DNA from: an uncultured Bacillota bacterium
GTDB taxonomy: Bacteria; Bacillota; Clostridia; Christensenellales; Borkfalkiaceae
Direction of reading: 5' to 3'
DNA: 49,788 nucleotides
Assembly: GCA_949292885.1 (NCBI GenBank)
Contig: CASFBD010000001.1
Span: 18,200-67,987, forward strand
In this document: piece after piece, positions 19,701 through 26,787 of the stretch
Layout: each line of letters opens with the position of its first letter
Position numbering within the stretch: position 1 is the first letter of the stretch
Notes under the pieces: generated by a model
The model's input: the letters and a program-made list of their open reading frames with translations, nothing else
Databases searched by the model: none
What the model was told of the DNA's origin: nothing
Translations under genes and position numbers: made by a program

Positions 19701-19738
19701 AGGACGATCAGGATCATTGATCTCACTCTCTTTATCAT
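16712..19738 (-). CDS. Large secreted, C-terminally membrane-anchored repeat protein (degenerate LGFP-like repeats), function unknown
   Basis: N-terminal signal, C-terminal TM helix plus basic tail (SKASKKQRKG), ~250-aa internal repeats, and G-x-P motifs (FGYPVCD, LGCPEGN, YGSPVAD...QQFANG). Confidence 0.8.
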   Translation of the reverse strand: MIKRVRSMILIVLCFAFALSLVGLFSFMKVRAWSATDVGQFGDQSTGVPGALASVGYNFDETVQEQITQSMIAAYEESGTQNLPRSWVKEWAGSVVQQLSDAPDVDNNYGIDGNTNSALFYSPFTGKTVYLELDELTAWNASWSSLGTVMERKTDFATKTTAGEDVTYEDIIIFRYGYLYSSEGEWNSVADAYYDSVNNCFVAGDAANVSIGDSICGELRSQLGKSFVVDGKIYQNYARGYAVKDGDTVDIVGGRNMTVWGEEIPAGDSFILYNTVNWESDDWYLVGLISTKSADSYDMIKPRVEALGYTVEEVEGLFAAKYKALAADGFNAGMARTFVKDWGGLTVQEFAFGDGVSADLSSPGWNRYSILIFNAEKGEVFLCSDRRLMDEWNKNYSQFGYPVCDQFENKTVTLADGTSETYEKLMVFSNGYVYMKDGTTGSVLNVVYDETASSFNEIPELDTSKIPGEMGSKTTAYVIDGVFYQNYNRGYVVVKDGVQDVIALRNVAPDGTISFVEDAWLLDMAGMINTDPNTSDDMKPANIEANLAANGSDKTLDELAQDYKAAVKALSQEGYSVGVAASFIKTWNGYVVQDFQCGDGNFSWNNGSRYVTSINNIRGRVTTLVYNPEKDAIYAVTGDALYYFAFNLNLGCPEGNMELVPLKANMQTEENVYLQQFSGGIVWLSEANFAPHIIYGAEYDETEHTYTVKASPYVPTEYGALVKSFELDGVYYLNYEYGSVKVTPTANGMDSEVWYSSGRNYNDDGTAGELMDAAKTKFVGMIETAVTGMTNPPFGTKEEYLTLMKAKYEELWEKGICAGLIDGRGGVTWTNVFGSQFYWGDSEGSLGGYGDNRVQVTYFVFVKGAEANEVVSLTGNMLTAYLWLDNFNNYGSPVADAVTESNGDVHQQFANGCVVLQHDSCWLVAFVKDGTYQDYAEKYAEIAGESQNANEKSDPVLKSLQVTAGDAENVIPESVNGWLIVAVVLSVFAAAAVTAVVVSKASKKQRKG

Positions 19739-19757
19739 TATTTTCCTCCTTTATTTT

Positions 19758-20612
19758 TCAGCCTTTCAGCCCTGAAAAAACCATATTATTCACAAAGTAT
19801 TTTTGTCCCGCGACATATACGATGAACACCGGGATCACAGAAATGATCGCCCCCGACATCAGCGGCCCCATGTTGTCCGAATACTTGATCGTATAATCCC
19901 TGAGAACGACCGTGATCACCTGCTTTTCCTGCGACAATACGAGATTCGGCCACATGAAACTGTTCCAGTACGCATTGAAGGTGAAAATTCCCAAAGTGAT
20001 CAGTCCCGCCGTGGCAATGGGCAGATACAACCGTACAAAAATGGTCAGCTCCCCTGCGCCGTCCACCCGGGCTGCCTCGCCTATATCGTTCGGAAGCGAC
20101 TGGAAGAACTGCTTCATGAAAAAGATCCCGAACAATCCTATCGCACCCGGAGCCACTGCGCCCGTATATGTTCCGTGCAGACCAAGTTTGAAAGTGATGA
20201 TAAACTGCGGAACGATCAACACTACGCCTGGGATCATCATGGAAAGCAGAAACACCGATTCCACCGCTTTTTTGCCGCGAAACTTAAATTTTGCGAACGC
20301 ATAGGCGCAAAGGCTGCAAAAAAACAGGTTTGTGAACATTCCCATGGCGGTCACGCACAGCGTATTCAGGAACGACCTGCCGATGGGCACATCCTTAAAC
20401 AGATTGATGTAATGTTCAAACGTCCAATGTTTCGGAAACAGATTTACGCCGACGATGGACTCGATGTTCGGCCGCACCGATGAAACCATCGACCAGTAAA
20501 AGGGCAGAAACATCAGCATTCCGATGACGGTCAGCACAAAATACAGCAGAACGCGCCCGAGCACATACAATGTCTTTTTCTTCCAGAGGGGCTGCCGCAT
20601 ACTTTTTTCCAT
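19758..20612 (-). CDS. Carbohydrate ABC transporter permease (CUT1, MalG-like)
   Basis: YAFAKFKFRGK, EAARVDGAG (EAA loop), WNSFMWP. Confidence 0.95.
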   Translation of the reverse strand: MEKSMRQPLWKKKTLYVLGRVLLYFVLTVIGMLMFLPFYWSMVSSVRPNIESIVGVNLFPKHWTFEHYINLFKDVPIGRSFLNTLCVTAMGMFTNLFFCSLCAYAFAKFKFRGKKAVESVFLLSMMIPGVVLIVPQFIITFKLGLHGTYTGAVAPGAIGLFGIFFMKQFFQSLPNDIGEAARVDGAGELTIFVRLYLPIATAGLITLGIFTFNAYWNSFMWPNLVLSQEKQVITVVLRDYTIKYSDNMGPLMSGAIISVIPVFIVYVAGQKYFVNNMVFSGLKG

Positions 20613-21508
20613 CAGAAATCCGCCTCCTTCAAGAATTTGCGCGTCAGGAATGTGACTGCCATGATAATCAGCATCAGGATGACCGACATTGCCGAGGCAA
20701 GCCCTCCGTTAAATTCGTTGAATGCGGTGATGTAGATACAGTATACCGGCGTCGCCGTACTCCCCATCGGGCCGCCGTTGGTCAGAAGATACACTATATC
20801 AAACAGCTGAAATGCGCCGATCAGAAGCATGGTCACCACAAACTGTGCCGAATTCCGCATCAGGGGAACGGTAAGGCGGAAAAATCGCTGCATCCCGTTT
20901 GCCCCGTCTATGGTTGCCGCTTCGTACAATTCTGCGGGAATGTTTTGCAGCCCCGCCAGAAAGATGAGCATATTGGAACCCAATCCGCCCCACAAACTGA
21001 TCAGGACAATGGAGATCATCGCCGTTTCCGACTCAAAATACCACTGAGAAATGGGAAGCCCCAGCATGATCAGAATGTTGTTGAACAGCCCCTTGCTCGG
21101 ATTCATCAGCCACATCCATACATAAGCCGTGGCAACGCCGCTTGTGATCGCGGGGAAATACATGACCGTTCTGTAAAACTTTGCCAGCGGCATTTTCCGG
21201 TTCAGCAGTACTGCAACCGTAAACGAACAGACGAGCATCAACGGCACATACATGACCACAAACAGCAGAATGTTGCCCAACGACTTTACAAAAAAGCTGT
21301 TATTGAACAAATACCAATACTGCGTAAAGCCGACAAATTCCATTCTGTTTACCATATTGTAATTGGTAAACGAAGCGTATATTTCCACACAGAACGGAAT
21401 GACCGTGAAAATAAGAAAGACGATGACTGCCGGCGCGATAAACAGATAGCCGATGTTTTGCTGTCCGACCTGTTTTTTCCGCTTTGATTCCGCTTTGGCT
21501 TTCAACAT
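20612..21508 (-). CDS. Carbohydrate ABC transporter permease (CUT1, MalF-like)
   Basis: LAGLQNIPAELYEAATIDGA, LTNGGP. Confidence 0.95.
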   Translation of the reverse strand: MLKAKAESKRKKQVGQQNIGYLFIAPAVIVFLIFTVIPFCVEIYASFTNYNMVNRMEFVGFTQYWYLFNNSFFVKSLGNILLFVVMYVPLMLVCSFTVAVLLNRKMPLAKFYRTVMYFPAITSGVATAYVWMWLMNPSKGLFNNILIMLGLPISQWYFESETAMISIVLISLWGGLGSNMLIFLAGLQNIPAELYEAATIDGANGMQRFFRLTVPLMRNSAQFVVTMLLIGAFQLFDIVYLLTNGGPMGSTATPVYCIYITAFNEFNGGLASAMSVILMLIIMAVTFLTRKFLKEADF

Positions 21509-21528
21509 ATTTCCCCTCCGAAACTGCG

Positions 21529-23214
21529 TCAGCGATAAGCCTTCAGCGTCTGTTTGGTGTTTTCCACGATCTGTTCGATCGCTTTATCCAGACTGATCTG
21601 TCCCTTTACATAACTTTGAATATATGTGTTAAATACACCCGTCTGCACGTACACCCAGCCGGACACACGCGGGCGAACTCTCTGATACTGTGCAAACTCC
21701 GCGCAGATGCGCAGCATTTCATTGTCCTGGATTAGCGGATCGTCGTACAGGGACGTCATCGCAGGCATGGAAGAGGAAACTCTCGTCCATTCCGCAACAT
21801 TTTCTTCCTGGCACGCCCACCATTTGATAAATGCCCATGCCGCCTCCATTTTTGCCGTAGGTGCGGACGGGAAGGTATTTGAATTTGCCGTGGGGTTGGG
21901 AATGGCAAGCCCGAATCCGCCGAGCAGTCCGCCGTTTACCGAGCCTTCCGGCTCAACGCCGTCGACCGAGTATCTGGGCTGAGGAATAAACGTATATTCC
22001 ATATCCGGGTTATTCTTTTGGATATACGTCTGGAAATAATTGGGCTGATTGATGATGGCAAGGCTGCCGCTGATGAATGCGCTCTTATCGTCGAAACCGT
22101 TCTGCGAAAAGCTCTTTCCGTCTTTGCCGTCGTAAAGTTTCTTCATATACGTAAGCGTATCGCGGAACTGCTGTTCATATTCGCCGCCCGGCCCGAAAGC
22201 CGCTTCCGTCATGTCCTCGTTCAAAAATTCCGCGCCCGTCGAGTTGTAGAACGCGACGATATGTTCGTGGATCGCGGTGCTCTGATACCCTGCCTGCACA
22301 AGGATCCCGTTGTTCCAGATCGTCAGTTTGTCGGCGGCGTCGTAAAGCTGATCCCAAGTCCATGCCGTTTCCGGATCGTCCGCATCCGGCAAAATGATCT
22401 TGTCCGCTTCTGCGGCGGTCGCGTTATAAACATCCACCAGTTCGTTGTTGACAAACAATCCCCAATATCCCAAATCGAGCGGGATACCGTACTGCTGACC
22501 GTTATAGTTGAGTTCCTTGATCGTCTCGCTCTGATACAGTGTGGGGTTGATGTTGTCCCGCGCAATCAGTTCGTCGATGGGATACAGGAATTTGTTCTTT
22601 GCATACGTAGGAGTATTGAATCTGTCCCAGACAAACAGATCGGGCTGCGTGCCCGTTGCAAACGCGCCTGCCATCTGGATCTCGTAATCCGCCTTTGCTT
22701 CCAGTTCTACCGTAAAACCGAGAGGTTTTTCTTCATTGAATTTGTCGATAAAGGCTTCCATGTTTGCCAGATCGTCGCCGACCCATTGTCCGCCTGCCCA
22801 CATCGTAATCGAAGTAACACCTTCATAACGATCGGAATTGTCCCCGATCTCCGGATCGTCCGTACCGCCGGAAAGCACGACTTCGACGTCGCACGTCGCT
22901 TCAAATCCGCCGTCGAGCGTGGTTGCGGTGATGACGGTCGTACCGATCTTCAGCGCCGAAAGCCAACCCGTTTCGCTGACAGACGCCACCGCCGTATCGC
23001 TGGAAGACCACACAACACCTTTATTGGTGGCATTTTCCGGCAAAACGGTGGCGATCAGATAGATCCCCTTTCCTTCGGAAATGTTCACGCTCTCTTTGTT
23101 GATCGTCACACCGGTCACGGACACGTTCTGATCCATACCGTAGCACCCGAAAAACGAAAGAAACAGTGCAAGTATACAACACACCGCAATCAGACGCTTT
23201 GCTTTCTTGATCAT
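21529..23214 (-). CDS. ABC transporter substrate-binding lipoprotein with N-terminal Big_2 domain
   Basis: Lipobox FFGC and Big_2 (VVWSSSDTAVASVS), then SBP_bac_1-like motifs (QPDLF, YNGQQYGIP, EAAWAFIKW). Confidence 0.9.
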   Translation of the reverse strand: MIKKAKRLIAVCCILALFLSFFGCYGMDQNVSVTGVTINKESVNISEGKGIYLIATVLPENATNKGVVWSSSDTAVASVSETGWLSALKIGTTVITATTLDGGFEATCDVEVVLSGGTDDPEIGDNSDRYEGVTSITMWAGGQWVGDDLANMEAFIDKFNEEKPLGFTVELEAKADYEIQMAGAFATGTQPDLFVWDRFNTPTYAKNKFLYPIDELIARDNINPTLYQSETIKELNYNGQQYGIPLDLGYWGLFVNNELVDVYNATAAEADKIILPDADDPETAWTWDQLYDAADKLTIWNNGILVQAGYQSTAIHEHIVAFYNSTGAEFLNEDMTEAAFGPGGEYEQQFRDTLTYMKKLYDGKDGKSFSQNGFDDKSAFISGSLAIINQPNYFQTYIQKNNPDMEYTFIPQPRYSVDGVEPEGSVNGGLLGGFGLAIPNPTANSNTFPSAPTAKMEAAWAFIKWWACQEENVAEWTRVSSSMPAMTSLYDDPLIQDNEMLRICAEFAQYQRVRPRVSGWVYVQTGVFNTYIQSYVKGQISLDKAIEQIVENTKQTLKAYR

Positions 23215-23246
23215 TTTTTCCTCCTATAATACCTGTTTATTTCAAT

Positions 23247-24563
23247 TTACACAACCTGAGAAGCGCACGCTCCGCAAGCTTTTTCCGACGACTGCGAAAG
23301 GAGCCGCAGTTCCCGGATCTCATCCAGATTTTCCAGAACAAACACGGCAAACAACGTGTTTGCCCACGCAAACCAACTCCGCGAATACTTTGCAGGATCG
23401 TCGCAGTCGAACCCTTCGTGCATATAATTTGTCTGTGCCGTCGTCTCCGTCAGACAGCGCAGGATGCGCGCTCTTTCCGCCTTGTCCGTACTCGTCAGCC
23501 CCTGCATGATCAGCCCGATGTGCCAGATATACCGATCGGGCGTATGCGGACTGCCCAATCCCTTTGCATATTTCCCTTCAAAATAGTACGGGTTATCTTT
23601 GCTCAGCACAAACCTGCGCGTATTTGCGTACAGTTCGTCTCCGACCTCACAAAAATCGTAATAAGGCATTCCCAACAGATTCGGGACGTTGGCGTCGTCC
23701 ATCAGATTGTAATTGCCCAGGCCGTCCGTTTCAAACGCATACATCTTACCGTATTCCGGATGTTCAACGACGGCATAGCGTCCGATCCCTTCCCGCACTT
23801 CCGCTACCAACTTGTTGCACCGTGCGGCGAGCGCGGGATCCCCGATCAGTTTGGACAGCTTTGCAAACGTGGCGGCGAGAAACATATTTGACGGGATCAG
23901 ATACCCGTAACGGCACCTGTCATCGCTGGGACGGAAGGCGCTGAATACCATGCCCGTATAGGCGCAGGCACCTCCTTTTCCGCCGTTTTCCAGAGAATCG
24001 GCAGGATTGCCGGGGCGCTCGAAAGTATAGGGCGAACACTCCGCATGATGCTGTTCGTTTTCAAACACGGAAAGTGTTTTTTCAAGCGCGGCAAGAAATT
24101 CCGCACCGAGTACCGACGCATCCCCCGTGGCGCGATAATACTTTTCGCACAGCCAGAAAGGGTACACAAGGCTGTCTATTTCAAACTTGCGCTCCCAGAT
24201 CCATTCGCTCGTCTGCGTTTTGTCCTTCCAGCCGCGTCCGCTCGGCTCCGGCAAAAAAGCATTGGCGTACGGATCGATGCAGATATAACCGAACTGCCTG
24301 CGGAGAAGCCCCGCAATCAGGTTCCGCACATCCTCATCCTGCCCTGCCAGCCTTACATAATGACTGACCTGAACGCTGGAATCGCGCAGCCACATTGCAG
24401 CAATGTCGCCCGTAATGACAAACACTCCCCCGTCCGGAGTTTTCTGAACGGTCGTTTCCAAAGTGTTCAAAAAACACTTTCTGAACATATCTTCCAGCTG
24501 TTCGTCAAAACGTAGCTTCTTACACACCTTTTCTATAAATTCATATAGTTTTGCGTACTTCAT
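23247..24563 (-). CDS. GH125 exo-alpha-1,6-mannosidase
   Basis: ITGDIAAMWLRDS, DPYANAF, WERKFEIDSL, FRPSDD, MDDANVP, GLGSPH, SRSWFAWANTLF. Confidence 0.95.
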   Translation of the reverse strand: MKYAKLYEFIEKVCKKLRFDEQLEDMFRKCFLNTLETTVQKTPDGGVFVITGDIAAMWLRDSSVQVSHYVRLAGQDEDVRNLIAGLLRRQFGYICIDPYANAFLPEPSGRGWKDKTQTSEWIWERKFEIDSLVYPFWLCEKYYRATGDASVLGAEFLAALEKTLSVFENEQHHAECSPYTFERPGNPADSLENGGKGGACAYTGMVFSAFRPSDDRCRYGYLIPSNMFLAATFAKLSKLIGDPALAARCNKLVAEVREGIGRYAVVEHPEYGKMYAFETDGLGNYNLMDDANVPNLLGMPYYDFCEVGDELYANTRRFVLSKDNPYYFEGKYAKGLGSPHTPDRYIWHIGLIMQGLTSTDKAERARILRCLTETTAQTNYMHEGFDCDDPAKYSRSWFAWANTLFAVFVLENLDEIRELRLLSQSSEKACGACASQVV

Positions 24564-24572
24564 GATACAATC

Positions 24573-24632
24573 ATCTTATAGGAACATCCCCGATTTGTCA
24601 ATATGTTATAAAATATCTATAACAATATGACT
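24573..24632 (-). promoter_or_regulatory. Promoter and palindromic operator upstream of GH125
   Basis: TTGACA (24596-24601)-N17-TAAGAT (24573-24578), with the inverted repeat TGTTATA-N7-TATAACA at 24604-24624. Confidence 0.6.
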
Positions 24633-24659
24633 TTTAAAAAATTTCCTTCTCCGAACAAA

Positions 24660-24688
24660 ACAGAAACCCGCCTTTGAAAAAAGGCGAG
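24660..24688 (-). terminator. Intrinsic terminator after the GntR gene
   Basis: CGCCTTT-TTTC-AAAGGCG hairpin followed by GGTTTCTGTTTT on the minus strand. Confidence 0.55.
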
Positions 24689-24704
24689 CTATCCTGTTTT
24701 TGGC

Positions 24705-25796
24705 TCAGCCGCTCTGCTTTGCAATGGCTTTTACCGAACCGTTGACGACGAGATCGGCGCTGATATAAATTTTTTCGTTGAGGTTCTCTTCCGCAAACCT
24801 GCGTATAAGCACCTCGACCGCCCTTGCCCCGATTTCCGTTTCGTTCTGGCGGATGTAATCGACAGTCTTTGCACTCTCCGCTTCCGCTATGTTGTCGAAA
24901 GTCACGACCGAATAATCAGACGGTATGCTCTTTCCCATCGAAGCGATCGCCTCGCCCACTTCGCGGGAAATATCGTATTGCGCCGTAAACAGACAGGTGA
25001 TCTGCGGATTTTCCCGAAGATATTCGGCGATGCGGGCAATATTTTCCTCTCTGTCCGTTCCGTCCAGAAAAAGGCGGTTTTCCTGCCTGACCATGACGCC
25101 GTGCTGGTTGCAGGCATCGCAAAACGCTTTAAAACGCTCCTTCAAAGAGGAATTGTTTTTTGCGTCGGGAGAAACGAACGCAATATTTTCGTGCCCGCGT
25201 TCCAGAAGATAATCAATCGTCTTTTCCACGATCGCACGATTGTCCGTACCGACAAACGGTATGGTCAGCCCCTCCAGATTGCGGTCGATCAGAACCAGCG
25301 GATATTTCCGAAGGGAGATCTTGATGAGCTCCGTATTGAAATATTCGTTGAAAACAGGCTGAATGATGATACCTTTGACAAACGGAATAGACGAAAGTTC
25401 GGACAAGATCTCGCTTTCGATCTCCTTATTGTTGTCCGAATTTCTGAAAATCATATGATAACCGTACTTTGCCAGCGACTTTTCCACGCTTTTGAGCATC
25501 CCCATGCCGTACGATGCGGAAAAATCGGACAGAACAAACGCGATAAACTCCTTTTTTTCCATCTGTTCTACTTTCGGCACGGTATTCACAAAACTTCCCT
25601 TGCCCGAAATGCGCGTGATCAGTCCCTTTTCCACCAGCATGGAAAGCGCCTTCTGGATCGTAATGCGGCTGACGTAATACTTTTTACAGAGTTCCGGTTC
25701 GGTCTGGATCTGTTCTCCGTCCTTGTATTCTCCACCGATGATTTTCAGATACAGGTCGTTGTATATTTCCATGTATGCGGGCATATTCGCTTTCAT
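24705..25796 (-). CDS. GntR-family regulator with LacI-type effector domain (AraR-like architecture)
   Basis: N-terminal wHTH (TEPELCKKYYVSRITIQKAL...GKGSFV) and C-terminal periplasmic-binding fold (PLVLIDR, VGTDN, GHENIAF, IPSDYSVVTFDN). Confidence 0.92.
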   Translation of the reverse strand: MKANMPAYMEIYNDLYLKIIGGEYKDGEQIQTEPELCKKYYVSRITIQKALSMLVEKGLITRISGKGSFVNTVPKVEQMEKKEFIAFVLSDFSASYGMGMLKSVEKSLAKYGYHMIFRNSDNNKEIESEILSELSSIPFVKGIIIQPVFNEYFNTELIKISLRKYPLVLIDRNLEGLTIPFVGTDNRAIVEKTIDYLLERGHENIAFVSPDAKNNSSLKERFKAFCDACNQHGVMVRQENRLFLDGTDREENIARIAEYLRENPQITCLFTAQYDISREVGEAIASMGKSIPSDYSVVTFDNIAEAESAKTVDYIRQNETEIGARAVEVLIRRFAEENLNEKIYISADLVVNGSVKAIAKQSG

Positions 25797-25807
25797 ACGA
25801 CACCTCC

Positions 25808-26776
25808 TTATTTATAAATGCCGTATTGTTTCCATAATCCGTTCATCAGTTCATATCTCTTCAGATCCATGCCTGTATAGACGCAATTGGATGTACAGAA
25901 AATATATCCCGCTCCGCGCGCCATTCCCTCTTTGAGAGAGCGCAGAACGTCCGCTTTTACTTCTTCCTCCGTGCCGGTCTGCAACAGCCCGCAATTGACG
26001 TTGCCGCAGAGCGCGACCCTGTCTCCGTACCTGGCGCTGACTTCCGCCAGGCTGACGCCCGCCTGCGGGTCGATGGAATGAATGGCATCCGGGCGGCACT
26101 GCACGATCTGATCGAGAATGGGCATGATATTTCCGTCCGTATGCTTGATGGTATAAAAACCGAGGGAACGGTAGGCGGAAATCTGTTCCGAAAGGACGGG
26201 CGCGATGAGGTCGGAAAAAATTTCCGGGCTGTAAAAAGGATTGACGTTGAAACAATAATCGGAACACAGCGTAAAGCCGTCCAACAGTTTTCCCGAACGG
26301 TTTATTTTTTCGGCAAAAGCAGTCATTTCGTGCATGGTTTTTCGCTGTTCTTCCAAAATCTTTTCCGGCTCCTCGTACAACCGCACGGAAAAATCCGTCA
26401 TGTTGTTCCCGTCGGGGATGGCGTATGTAGGATCTCCGTGCATACACAGATAATACTCGTCGCCGGAAATTTCCCTGATCTTGCTCAGCAATGCCTCGAT
26501 CCATTCAAATTCATACACCGTGGGATGCACAAAAATGGCACTGTGCCCATATCGCTTTGCCGTCTGCACATACACTTCCGCCTGATCGGCGATCTGCGCA
26601 TTTTTTTCCTGCAGGCTCATCTGATTCCACTGATAAAAGACGCGATGCGTGGGATGCACTTTCCCGAACGCTTCCATCGTCAGATAAAAGACCAGTTCAA
26701 ACGTCGGGACAAGCCCTTCCACCTTTTCCCTTTTCAGAGTTCTGATAAAGCGCTCCTTTTCTGTCATACGTTTCAT
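25808..26776 (-). CDS. URO-D/MtaA-CmuA superfamily protein (paralogue 2), function unknown
   Basis: MTEKERF start, CSDYC, SPEIF, KHTDGNI, HSIDP, LCGNVN, GYIFCTSNC. Confidence 0.85.
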   Translation of the reverse strand: MKRMTEKERFIRTLKREKVEGLVPTFELVFYLTMEAFGKVHPTHRVFYQWNQMSLQEKNAQIADQAEVYVQTAKRYGHSAIFVHPTVYEFEWIEALLSKIREISGDEYYLCMHGDPTYAIPDGNNMTDFSVRLYEEPEKILEEQRKTMHEMTAFAEKINRSGKLLDGFTLCSDYCFNVNPFYSPEIFSDLIAPVLSEQISAYRSLGFYTIKHTDGNIMPILDQIVQCRPDAIHSIDPQAGVSLAEVSARYGDRVALCGNVNCGLLQTGTEEEVKADVLRSLKEGMARGAGYIFCTSNCVYTGMDLKRYELMNGLWKQYGIYK

Positions 26777-26787
26777 AACGTTCCCCC

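Noticed and set aside
15014-19720. 1568-aa plus-strand ORF, the longest in the window
   Set aside because: Codon-aligned antisense of two minus-strand genes that happen to share a frame. It stays open because TTA/CTA/TCA codons are avoided in those genes. It has no RBS or domain motifs and an Arg/His/Val-rich shadow composition.
19758-23214. Missing ATPase in both CUT1 ABC systems
   Set aside because: Normal for Bacillota, which share an MsmK/MsmX-type ATPase encoded elsewhere.
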